This document shows positions 14,285-26,700 of a DNA stretch of 64,000 nt, piece by piece (position 1 is the stretch's first letter; the number at the start of each line of letters is the position of its first letter). The stretch comes from Magallana gigas. Lineage: Eukaryota. The notes under the pieces were generated by a model that saw nothing but the letters and a program-made list of their open reading frames with translations, searched no databases and was not told where the DNA came from. Both the position numbers and the translations under genes were made by a program. The stretch spans positions 12,958,001-13,022,000 of the forward strand of contig NC_088858.1 in assembly GCF_963853765.1 (NCBI RefSeq), written 5' to 3'.

Positions 14285-14343
14285 CTATTCTCTTTTGAGA
14301 AGTGGACAGGCATAGCCTACATCCACTTCTCAAAAGAGAATAG
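14285..14343. other. 59-bp palindrome flanked by a direct repeat
   Basis: 22-bp perfect arms CTATTCTCTTTTGAGAAGTGGA / TCCACTTCTCAAAAGAGAATAG are flanked by CAGTAAT at 14278-14284 and 14344-14350. Confidence 0.8.
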
Positions 14344-17017
14344 CAGTAATCTTATTCAGGTACGGATATTTTAATTTGATGAGCAATCCCAATAAGTCAC
14401 TAATCTTTTTGTTGTTTAAATCTTCTGTGTATACGTAAGAATTACAATACTCGACGTTCCTTGTTAAAATTCCATCATTGTTCGATGATTGTCAAAATGT
14501 ACCTCCTTGGTCGTGGATATGACACTCCTATAAAAAATAACTTTAATAAATCATTGGCTCACATTATATACATACAGCTTAAAGATTACATCACATGAGG
14601 TAAAAGTCCCCAAATGATCGAAGCAGGTGGATAAAACCATTGAATTTACTTAAATTAAAATTATCAACGACCCCCGATTTTGTGCATTAAAAATCCCCGA
14701 ATATCCAATAGTTGCGTAATGAGCATTTAAATTTCTTTAATATTTTTTCGCCCGGTGTATTAACCTACGTATACATATCAGTTAAAAGAAGAATGGGGAA
14801 ATAAATTGGATTCGCTGTGTATTGAAAGGTAAAGCAAACAACGACCAGATCGATTGTCCCCAACGAGAGCTTTCTTTATCATCTCTGGCAAAGCACCGGG
14901 ATAGGAAAGTCCCACACGGGGCACCCAAAAATATAACAAGTGCATAGTCTGATGTCCCTTTATAGCAGCAGAAAAAGGATTACCTGCAGGTTTGCGTCTT
15001 TGGCGTAAGGGGCTTTCCTGGCGTTAAACCGCGTTAATCTTGGGACAATAAAGATTAAATGACACAGTGAGACCGATCGACGATATGGGAAATAATCACT
15101 TTGTGTTCACAATTGCAGTTCATTGAAACTTTCGCTCGGTGGGACCTGCAAACCAGACACCGGCAAAAAAGGAAATTCGCTTCTATAAACTGGAATATGT
15201 AGACAGAGAATTCGTGAGAGAAAGAAGAACAAACAGATGGGTACTTTGGGTCTGTCTATTTTTTCCCCGTAGCCCGTTGTAACTAGCTCGTGGTAAGTAG
15301 ATATTATTTACTTTAATAGATTATTTACAGTTAATAGCAAAATATATTTACTCACTCGAGAGCCTGTATCTCTAACCGATTCAAATTCACATGATGTTTG
15401 ATTTTTTTTTTCTATAAATTTTCTGGCATTTAATTCAGCTTTGTATATCAAAAATCGCCTTCTTTGTAAACAGACGTTTACAATCCGTGGCAAAAAATCT
15501 TGACACAAAGGTGTAATTTATTCTTATATATACATATATAGAAGTATATTTCTAAACAAAAATCCCCTCGTGCTTTACATAGCCATGGTGTGACACTTTT
15601 CATGAATAAACATACATATTAACATCTTCAATACTGAAATTTTGGTCGATGAATACTTTAATTGTTCGACATCGTTTCAAGTCTCAGATTTCATATTTCG
15701 AAAAACGATCCTATTCAAGTAATGTCATTAATATCTCATTATATAGCCATATCTTTTATGATTTATCCAGACCTAAGTGAAGTATAAGGGTCTCTATCTA
15801 TGAATAAAACATTTTAGCTTTTATATATAAAAGAAAATAAACATTGTGACACCGACAAATTTGGTAAACGACCTTTTGAAAACATTCTGACCAAACATCG
15901 GCCATTTGCCCAATGATTCAATCACAACGGGGGACTGATTCCGCGTTTACAGTGACACTTTTAAACCATTAATAACCAATGAATTAATAACAGATTTCTA
16001 TATCTGAGAGAAACCCAGACAGTATAGAAACCAAGGCTGCCGTTGCAATTGTTCTTACTCGTTAACTCTGATGGCATATACAGTCATAGAATTTTAAACA
16101 ATCGGTAATATGTTTGCTTTGTAAATGGGCGACCATCAGTATTGTGTGATCAGACATACCGGTACTTCATTCGTTTAAGAGATTGTAAATTCGAACAACC
16201 TTTCTCAAAAGGACATCGGAACAAATTTTTGTTCATTATGCGCAAACTAAATACACGAAATCGCCTAGGAGTGCATATTTACACGGACTTCTTTAATACA
16301 CATCAATATCAATTGTACTTTGAAGCACCCTCATTCCTGTCTGCAATTCACCATAAACCACTTGAAGAAGCGGGTATAAATTACTTGTATGCCAAAGCAA
16401 AGAAATGAGGAAACACCTGTTAATGTATTTTATTACTGACGAAGTGATCATATAGGTGTTAATCATATCATGGGGGTACTCTTGGGTTAGCCGTAGGACG
16501 ACCACAAGTGCAAAGAACTCTCTTGGTTCTCTGCAAGGATAGCTAATGTAGACTTGCTCAGTCCACAATCGGATAAGATTGCATGTGTCGCTATTGTATT
16601 AAGTCCCTCATGTGAACTTTAAACAAAAAACTTAAAAAACCTTTTGAATATTAAGACGATTAAAAGGTTCTATAGTTTTGGAATCACCAAGAAAGTGATT
16701 TTGTATGGCAGCTAATTTTTGAATACTAAAATTGATTATATGACAATGCACAGGATTAAATGTTTTAATTCCTTTGAAATCAAATTTTGAATTAAGGGCA
16801 TTAAAAATGGTGTTTATGTTTAGCGCGTTGTCTTATTCTTAATTAATGATAAAACACACCGGAACCTTATGATTTTGATGGATATGAAATACTCATTGGG
16901 AAGAAATAAACAAATAGTACATAGTTATTAGAGACCAATGTGAACTGGTTATAATGCATTTCTAAGTTACGAGATAAGCTTACTAGCGTATAACCAAATT
17001 TGAGACTTTTTAATTAG

Positions 17018-20000
17018 ATGACAGACATGAAAGAAAACACACTTGAAGAGAAAGAAAGCGACAATGAAAATGGTCGACCGAGTAGTGAAATCTCCCTGGA
17101 TTCCTCGGATTCTAACAGAAAGAGACCCTCCCTGCGGGGCAGTGCCAAGTTCAGGAGGGTCCCCTCTGCAGCCAATAGCCAGGGATCTATGGAAGACAAA
17201 ATGCTGGCCCTGAACGCTCTGCTGTCGGACAGCCTGTTGATCACAGAGTTTCCCGGAAGGAACGGGGAGGTCAGCAGAAACGGGAAAACCGAGGACGACG
17301 ACACGCTGAAAGACGAGTTTGGTGACGATCTCAGTGACGACGATTTCGAAGAGCTTCCAGAAGATGGCAGATCTTCCAGGGATGTCGACTATGACACGGA
17401 TTTAGATATGGACTATGATGGTATAGTTAATAATCACTCTGATGGTATAGTTAATAATCACTATGATGGTATAGTTAATAATCACTATGATGGTATAGTT
17501 AATAATCACTATGATGGTATAGTTAATAATCACGTTAAAATGTGTAGACATACTCTAAAGAAAATAGAAATGGTTTTTTTTATCATACCAGTTTTCAATT
17601 TATTTTTCTATTTATACATCCATTTAATGTTACCATCTTCGCTAGCTAAGATGAGAATAAACGAATCGGATACAAAAAAATGTCCGAAACCTTCAATCAT
17701 TATTAAGTACGCGGAACTTGCAGAAGGTATCTTAAGAATATCATAATGATGTTTTCAGAATGGATCAACGAAGCCAAAAGGGAAATAGAAAACGACAAAA
17801 CGGGAGAAAAGAAATACTTGCACATGTGTGAGGAAACAGGAGTTATTCCTGCGTCATATTTTCTGAATCACATACAAGAAAAAGAATTCAGTATGAAATA
17901 TCATGGACTCGGTCCAAATGGTGCTAAGGCCATCGCATGGCCGCTAAAGGTATATTATTGAATGCAGGTATTAGTATTTAGAATAACCAGAACTCCTGAA
18001 ATTATTATACTTTGATATGCGTTTAAAAGAGCAATATGAAAATCTATTTAAGTTTGCTATTGGCATTATTCATCATGGTATTGCTTAATGTAATGGTGCT
18101 CTAATCATTTGCTTCAGACGAATAAGAAGATTGAGAAAATAAACCTGGAAGGCAATTGGATTGAAGCTGAAGGATCAATATATCTGGCGAAGATGTTGAA
18201 AAATAATATTTATGTCACAGAGCTGGTAAATCATTACATGTAAAACAGATATTTTGTACAAAAATTGAACCATGACCAACACGTTTTTAACACAGTTTAG
18301 TGAATTTGAGTGAGCATAATAGTTTCCGTGAAATTATCGTGAAGCCAAATCTAATTTTAAACATTACCATATACATCAGCAATTGTTGAGACATTATTTG
18401 TATGATAGTACAATGACAAATACCAATACTATGCATGAGAAAAGTGTAAATATATCATAGGAAAACGATGTGCTCTGTTTACAGACGCTGAAAACAATAT
18501 TTTTGTCAAAACATTCTTTTGAATGCTTTTGCTCTGATTGATTTTAAGATTAATTTATTTAAATACATTGTGGACTCAAAACTGATCATTTAATAGCCAT
18601 ATGACGAAGAACTTTTTATATGCATGTACATAAAATATATTTGGTAAAAATTATAACCAAAACATATGCTTGATACTTAAACATAAAAAACAATGTATGT
18701 TTGCAGCATTTAGCAGAGAATAGGATAGGCAACGAGGGAGCAGAGGCAATCAGCGACATGTTACAGAAAAACGACATGATCTACTCACTCGATCTGTCGG
18801 GCAACTCCATTGAAGACTACGGTGCTGAAAAACTATGTAGAGTGCTTTTGGTAAACAGGTTTTTGTCAAATTTGAATACTATTAAATCATTAAAAAAACC
18901 TTGATTAATTCGCAAGCTTCATCATTTGACCCTCTCGTAGAAGACTTTAACTGATTACATGTAGTTTATTATGCAATAACTTTTTCATTTTAAATAGAAC
19001 ACTTTGAAAACATGTTTGAAAAATAGGCAAAATGAGTGATATTTTCAGCGTAATTTATTTAATGGTCTCCTTCTGCATATCATATTTAGAAAAATTCCTC
19101 TATCAAACATCTGTACCTTGCCAACAATAAGTTCGAGGAAAGGGCGGCTGGCTGGCTCCGAGAGGTCCTGACGAACAATGAAACACTGGAAACTGTTGAT
19201 CTAAGCTGGAATCATCTTAGGACAAGGGGAGCTATCGCCATTGCAGAGGGTGTTCAGGTAAATTCTCGATTTCTATGGGAAAAAAAATGAAATAAAGCAA
19301 CATGCATATACAACTTGCATTTTAGGATACAATGTGCAGCATTATTTTCTGCTTGTTTTAGTAAGCGTTTTTTTATGTTAATAGGAGAACTATGGTCTGC
19401 GAATACTCAATTTAGCTATGAATGGGTTCGCGCAAGACGGAAGTGAAGCAATGGGGAAAGCATTGAAAAATAACCGGACTCTCCTGGAACTGGACCTTAG
19501 TCATAACCGGATACCCGAGGCAGGGGCCACGGCCATCAGCCAGGGTCTACAGCATAACGACACCCTCAAAGTACTCAGGGTCAGTTCTCACTACAAATAA
19601 AACATACGCAGGCACGTAGCATCTTTTTGAAAGTTTAAAACTTATCCGAAGTCTTGACAATCAATTTTTTTTTCAGTGATAGCTACCCTCATAACCCGCA
19701 TGAATCATCAAATAAAAATTTTATTGTTTATATTTACATATTCTTTAAACAAATTAATAATTTGACTGTTAAAAGTAAGAAAATTAACTATATTATTGTT
19801 GATGTACATTATTAGGTAAAAGAAACAGCCAAATCGTCTCCTACAGGAATTTTACATCATCATGATTATTTCGTGCAGTCCGTGATTTTTCTTAGGTTGC
19901 TGAAGGTTACGGCCAATCGATAAACGGGGCCTGTAGATTTCAGTCCTGTCAGACAAAGCTATTAATTATTATTAATTTTCGTAAGAAATAGAGGGAAAAA

Positions 20001-23000
20001 TACTTGGTGTAAATATATATGAATAACTTATGGTAACACAGCACGTATACTTGTAGGTGGCGTCCAATCCTTTGGGAGGTGAGGGACCTCTAGAACTGCT
20101 GAATGTTATTGCAAAGAACGACATGAGCGAAATCCGTGTTCTGGATTTGACGGTGAGGAGATATAAAGCACATAGATATGCCAGTTTGTGAATATAAATT
20201 TTTAAATTGCTTTAAGTTTTTTGATGACATTTCTTTTTGAAAAAAAGAATTATCGTATTTTTATTCTTTTACATTTCATTTATCTCGTTCAACTACGTAA
20301 AAATCAATTTATGCATGGAGCTCGAGGCTTTCTAAAATACCGCATCTAAACGTAGGCCTAAGAACACTTAGTTAATCTAGAAAGATACATGTACTCATAA
20401 TGTACATATATTCATGATATAACATGTAGGCATTTTTGTTTCAGGACGTTCTAGTTACCCCGGCGTTTAAAGAACTCCAGCAAAGTTTGGAAAAAGACCG
20501 AATCCTCACTGTGTATTTTGGTAACGTAGTGGGAGAGATTTTTGATTTTAGTTCGATTAGATTCGATCCGTTTTGCGACTTCCGTCGAAACCCGATGTCA
20601 CTACTCATTGAATACTGCAAAGAGGCTGGTTATAGACTGGTGGACCTATTTAACGATTTCGATAGGGATGGGAACCAGGTTATCTCAAAAGAAGAATTCA
20701 TTATGGGAATTAAAGTACGTAATACTTAGTTTCAGGTCAAAACTTTGGAAAATATATGTTGTGAAAGCAATTCAGCTAAATACATATACATGTATCTAAT
20801 TGCACATTTTGTATTATTTGAATTTCAGAAAGCTGGTGTAAAGATTAGCATAAGGCAGCTTGAAATTCTCATTGAGTCTCTGGACATAAACAAAGATGGT
20901 AATATCGACTTCAGGTAAAGTCTTCAAGTTGTTATTTGGTGACTTCAAAACTCTTTTCACAAATAATTACCTTATAACGTCAAGGATTTTAAAATATTTC
21001 ACGTTCTTACATGAGCAGTATCTAACATATGAATCCCCGAAAAAAAATTGTTGTTAAAGTCACTATTTAATGTTTGTATTGCACAATTTGGTCAATAATT
21101 ATATACATGTACATGTTATGAGCGATATCAACTTTGCTTTTTTCATTTAGTTCGATATTAAGTTTTGAAGAGGGAAAATAAGTAAGTGTTTATGACTAGA
21201 GCAGTCAGCTAGATCTTTCACCGGATAAACTAGCAGCGCACGCACAATGTAAATCTATCTGCTGCCTTGCGCAATCACGAAAGACACATCTTTATTATGT
21301 AGAGCTAGTATAAAACTTTTTTATGATATTGCTTTAGGAAAGCGTAGAATTTTTATTGTCAATGATGTTATGCATTTCTTATAAATACTTTTCTTTACCA
21401 TTCTTTACGACTGAGACGTATCTCTATTATGACATATCTTACCTTCATTTGTTCCTGACTTTCTCTGTAACTAGTGAGCTTAAGAAAGGAAAAGGTAACC
21501 AATTCGTTTTGAATACTTACTCGTACTTTATATGCTCTTGAATTCTTTTTCCCCCCTTTGTATGGTACAGCATGTTTGAGTGTTGTTCGTAAAATGAAAT
21601 CAAAAGCCATAATGATCAAAGACGAACTTTGTATTTACCATATTCTTTAACGGTAACAACTGAGCACTACTTCTCTCTAAACATAAATTCTTTGTACTTT
21701 TCTCCTTTTTTTCCTACAATGTATGAAAATATCATCCAGAATATATCAATATATTAACAATTATTGTATAACTATAGTACATGTATATACTTTTAATATT
21801 AATATATATGTAGTTCTGAATTCATATTTACTAACTTCTTATCAATATTATCAAACATCTATATATATATATAATTTATAATTTATTGACGATTGATAGC
21901 AAAATGAAGAATACGTGTATCTAATTAGTTTTACAGTATTTTAAAAACATTTGGCAATGCCTCGGTGATTGACTTCGATGGAGGCAAATTTGACTTTGAT
22001 CAATGGCTTTGACCCCATCCCGCTATTGTCCTCTGAGGTTTTAGTAACATATTTGTAGCTGTCTTCTTCCATCTGAATATCGAATTTTAGAAAAAAAATT
22101 ATTCAGTAATAGCCTGCATGTATGAACTGTCACAAAATTGCGACATCCTTCTATCAAATCAAATGATCCACAATTTTGTAATTGCTGTTGTTGTTTCGCT
22201 TTGCACTGAACAGATGTACCAGGGTACATTAAATTGTCTAATGAAGATAAATCACAGGGCTGTATCTTTATATTGCTCTGAAATAGCATGTTTTAAATCA
22301 AAATTAAGGAGGCTGGATGGTCAACAAACTAACGATCAGATCTACATAAAATTTTAAGAAATGATTTGCTTAGCTTTAAACTATTATTTAGTAAAGAAAA
22401 TTTTTTTTTAAACTTTTTTTTTAAATTGGGTACTTTCCTGTAATTTGATGTGGAGCTCTTCTTCTAAAGGAGATCAATGCAGTCTAAAAATGGCCACGAC
22501 CATCGAGCCATCTTCAGCCTTCCCTCTATTGGATTGTTGTGAATGTTTCATACTAGTATTTTGATTACAAATTGAATGCTTTTAGCTACTCTCTCTCTCT
22601 CTCTCTCTTCTGCTTCCCTTTTAAAATATTTAAAAGCTATCATACATAGAAATGGTATTTACTCACTCATTTACCTACTCATTTTCAAGAAAGTGAACCC
22701 AAACTAGAAATATATATAAATTCGATTCGCTATCCCTAATAATATGATAAAGGAATGGATCTAATAAAAGCACAATGTTTTTAAATCTTTATTCTAATTC
22801 TAAAATTTTTTTTTGCCTTTACTTATCATAATATTTCTTCTTTTCGGATCAAATATAAAATTATTCCTATTTTATACAAATGAATGATCACAACCAATTC
22901 TAAGTGTGTTTTTTTAAAACTTGCAGAGAACTGGTCATCGGAGAGAAAACATACACACAACAAAAAATAAAGCTGGCCGCGGAGGCGAAGAAACTGGGGA

Positions 23001-23071
23001 GGAATGTATCTTCCACAAAGTTGATGGATGATATGTACCTAAAGAAGATGATCGATGAAAACTATGCGTAG
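17018..23071 (+). CDS. LRRC74: LRRC74-like leucine-rich repeat protein with two EF-hands, paralogue 1 (~601 aa, 10 coding exons)
   Basis: Exons 17018-17420, 17759-17949, 18118-18225, 18707-18850, 19090-19257, 19385-19579, 20057-20152, 20445-20714, 20829-20914 and 22927-23071 all have GT-AG boundaries and compatible phases. The protein has the GVIPASYF...YHGLGP signature, ribonuclease-inhibitor-type LRRs (LxxLDLSxNxI), and EF loops DRDGNQVISKEE and DINKDGNIDFRE. Confidence 0.9.
17417..17533 (+). repeat. 24-bp tandem repeat x5 spanning the exon-1 splice donor of paralogue 1
   Basis: The unit GATG|GTATAGTTAATAATCACTAT translates as DGIVNNHY. Confidence 0.95.
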
Positions 23072-23209
23072 ACTTTTTGTTGCTTATCTGGGCATTGAAA
23101 CACTGTTACCATTTTATGTTCTACATGTATCTCTGTTTTTTTTTATTTATGAAGAATTTCATGCATCGTGAAGTCATTGATTGCATTCCTGTACTTGAGC
23201 AACTTTGCT

Positions 23210-23233
23210 GGGGGGGGGGGGGGGGGGGGGGGC
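23210..23233. repeat. Poly-G tract in the 3' region between two convergent genes
   Basis: About 24 consecutive G. Confidence 0.9.
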
Positions 23234-23704
23234 TATGAAATAGTCACCGAACTCTCTTCTGGTTTTAATGTTGTTAGATTGGCAATCTCATTGTAGGATC
23301 TTAACTTTTTAACGATAGAAAAGCTAATAGGTGCATGCATTGTCAGTATATGTACATTGAAAACTTTATTGTTTTAATTGGACTTATTTGAAAGGAAGCG
23401 TGTAACGAGCAGAAAAAAAATTACCGAGAGCGTAATCAAAAGTTTATGAACAATGACAATTAAGCCCGTTAGAACATGAATTGTCTGTATAATTTTTAAA
23501 GATGTTTATAATTTATTCAATATTTGTTATATTTGTGTATATGCTGATTAAAATATTCTGTTGATAATAATTTTTACAGTATACCTGAGACCTCTTCAAT
23601 ACCTGTAAAAATCTGACATTCCACACTCTCTTAAATCGGAATTATAACCCACGAACCATAGACATAAATGGTCCGAACGCTTTGCGACAATATAACAGAC
23701 ACAG

Positions 23705-26700
23705 TCACACAGATCTTTTTACTAACATTTCCGAAAATTGGAGAAATTTTCCACTGGAAATAACATTATACCAAACAGAATCGCGATGAATTTCGTTGAA
23801 AGGCGCGTTCAGATTGGTGGTTGTACAAGACCGATACCACCAACCGGAACCGCACTGGGCAGAACACTTTACGGCATTGTCGTGATCAAACGTGTAGAAG
23901 GTCTGGTTAACAATCGAGTGATCCCTGAACTCATCGCTTCCTAATAAAAGATATAATAAAATGATATTAATCAACTTAATTTTAAAAAAAAAATAGATGG
24001 ACTCGAAATTTCTTTGAATGTACATCTTCTATTATATGCACCTTACGTTTTTCAATGGTCAAAAGTAGTCAATTTAGTAATTTGTTAAAAGATTCTGTAA
24101 ATGTAAATATAAACAATACAATGCTTTCTTTGAAGATTCATGCGGGTTATGAAGGTAGCGATCAGTTCAGAAAAAAAAAATATATAACCCTTGAACATGA
24201 ATCATCAAAGAAAGCATTGTATTGTTTCAATAATTTTCCCAAAATTGTCTTAGGAGGCCTGGGTGGTTGTGGCCAGATTTAGACTATATTGACCTCCTTA
24301 AGAGGGAGAGCTCTGTGTAATGACACTGTATGTGAAGATATTCAAACTTAAAAGCTAAAATAGGAGGAATTTTCAATACTAGATAATTGTTTAATATAGC
24401 CAAAAAAAAATATCCAAACATTAAAGGTAGATCTAATGAACAAATTGTTGACAACACGTCTTTCTTAAAATGGATAAAGAACAATTATACTTAATGCAGT
24501 AGGAATTATGTTAAACTTTGTTAAATAATCTACAAAAATTAGATTACCAAAATTAACAGGAACATTGGATGAATATGTTCGAGAAATGTGTCCCAAATGA
24601 AGACGGTAGCCATCAGCCTCATTGGATATAGAGAAAGAATCATACTCCGCCCAATATGTGTTGCCATCTGTCGCCTTCATTTTTATGTACAAAGAATAGT
24701 TGTTACTTGTAGTCAGTAGATGGATCAGATCGTTTCCTAAAAAGTTTTTAAGATCACATTCATATACATGTATTTACATTTCCCAGCGATTTTGTCTGTC
24801 ATAACACTACGAATTGGTTTTGGTCCAATACATTTCATCAATAACTACAATGTATTTTTAAAAGATATTTAATCATACAATTGATAAAAATTAAATAAAA
24901 ATAAGTAATAATGAATCATTCTTGGAATATTACGGTCGGACGCTATCAAATATATCGTAAAGCCCTAGCTTTGGGCTTTATTGGATAAGATCACCCTATT
25001 TGATCACCTCACAAAACTAAAAGAATTATTTCTTATTCCTTAAATGCATGCCATTAAAATCAACCACACATGTATCCTAACATATCATTCCGGATCTAGG
25101 TTCTGGTTTATTCGTCGCCTTATTTTACGCTTTTTCTCAAAATGCTATTTTTTTACGTTACAATATAAGAACTAAGATTACCCAGCCAATGGTTTCCGTT
25201 AATGTTCCCGAAGCCGTCCTTGTAAGCCTGCCAGGTTGTGTTGAAATCCACCCTTGGATTATCCCGCGCCCTGGACTGAATTACCTGTACATAATCTATA
25301 TGTAAAATACCAGACAAGTTTGAATTTAAGGACATTGCTTCATGTATATGACCCAAAAGATTTAAATGATTAAATCTAAATTTAATAAAACTGATGATCT
25401 CATCAATGTACATGTAAAAAGTTCAGTCGGCACATCCATGTAATTATTGATATACAATTATATACTTTTATTGCATTTGTGTACGATGACATGATAAATA
25501 TTCAATTTACTAGCTCGTTTTAGTACAGCTTTTCTTATATACGTAGTTATGTAACCCGAACAAATAAAAAAAAAATGACATCCCCCTCCTAAAAAACTCA
25601 GAATTCAGAATTGCACCTCAGAGAGCACAAAACTTTATTCATTATCACATATTTTGAAAAATAATAAAGCTGTGTAATTTTTTTTTTTCAGACGTAAGGA
25701 AATCGTAAGATGTGAAGGATACCTAAATGTGTACTTCGTGTATTGGGATTATATATTTATCTTGTCTCAAGACCAGCCTGCTTTATACATTGTTTAAATT
25801 GAGTTAAGGTTAGATGTTTATATAAGAACTACATGTAAAGTAATTGCTTTTTTTTAATCATTTAAATTATTCATAACATTTTTTGTGAAGCATGAAGTTT
25901 GTTATATTGTACCTCATTAATAATATTTCTAAACTATGCTTCATTTGATTGGTCTAAATAGCCACGTGACAGGACGAATAGAATATAGAATATCCCAGGG
26001 AATAAATATAAGAGTTTTCAAATGGTCTGAGTGAAAAAAATCGAAAATAATCATACAAAATGAATAAATCTTAAATACTGAAATCTTTTAATGCTTTCTC
26101 ATCAAAGTAATTAAACTACATTTAATTCATACTTTGAAAATAGAAAATAACCTCGAAATGTATACATTTACAACGTTTTCCCATGTACTTTATTTGAGAT
26201 TGAAAATCCAATGTACCCTTTATAATCTTATATTTTTGGTATAACAAACAATTTATTACACAAATGTTCAGCAGATATGAGTGTTTTTCCCCCCTAGAAA
26301 ATAAATTGTTTCCTTCTTTAACTAATGCCCCCGGTAAATATCATCTGTTTATTGTTAGGGAAATAAATTTTCATATTGCTTTACCATCGTGCAATAATAC
26401 ATGTAGTACATTATTTTTCTTCATTTATATCGCCAAACATGTTTTCCTATCAATATGAGCAAGTTTTGTTAATAACATTATGATTAATACTCTATGTTTT
26501 GAGAAGATACAACAAAGGACATCAGTCCTCATTACCGTCCAGCCTCCGCCGAGTACAGCCCCTTCACACTTGACACGGACGGGTCTATTCGGGTCTTTAT
26601 AGGGGTAGATCGAGTAGACCCCGGTCTGATGCTGGCCATTCTGGTAGATATCCGAACAGTCTACGGGAAGTTTACCTACAAGGAGTAGCCACATAGTTTT

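Noticed and set aside
13947-14313. Poly-RE / poly-LS ORFs (also 44581-44793 and 46989-47319)
   Set aside because: These are translations of (GA)n/(CT)n microsatellites. Only 47052-47150 within one of them is a real exon.
15900-17017. RFX X-box expected upstream of putative ciliary LRRC74 genes (also checked 35700-36100 and 62100-63800)
   Set aside because: Only half-sites were seen; no full GTTGCC-N-GGCAAC-type palindrome.
17421-17746. 3' part of the 242-aa ORF, and likewise 61194-61232 and 61418-61534 of the 282-aa ORF
   Set aside because: This is read-through into introns; paralogue comparison fixes the exon boundaries.
21950-22560. Antisense coding-like patches in the last intron of paralogue 1
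   Set aside because: All frames are interrupted by stops and no family is recognisable.
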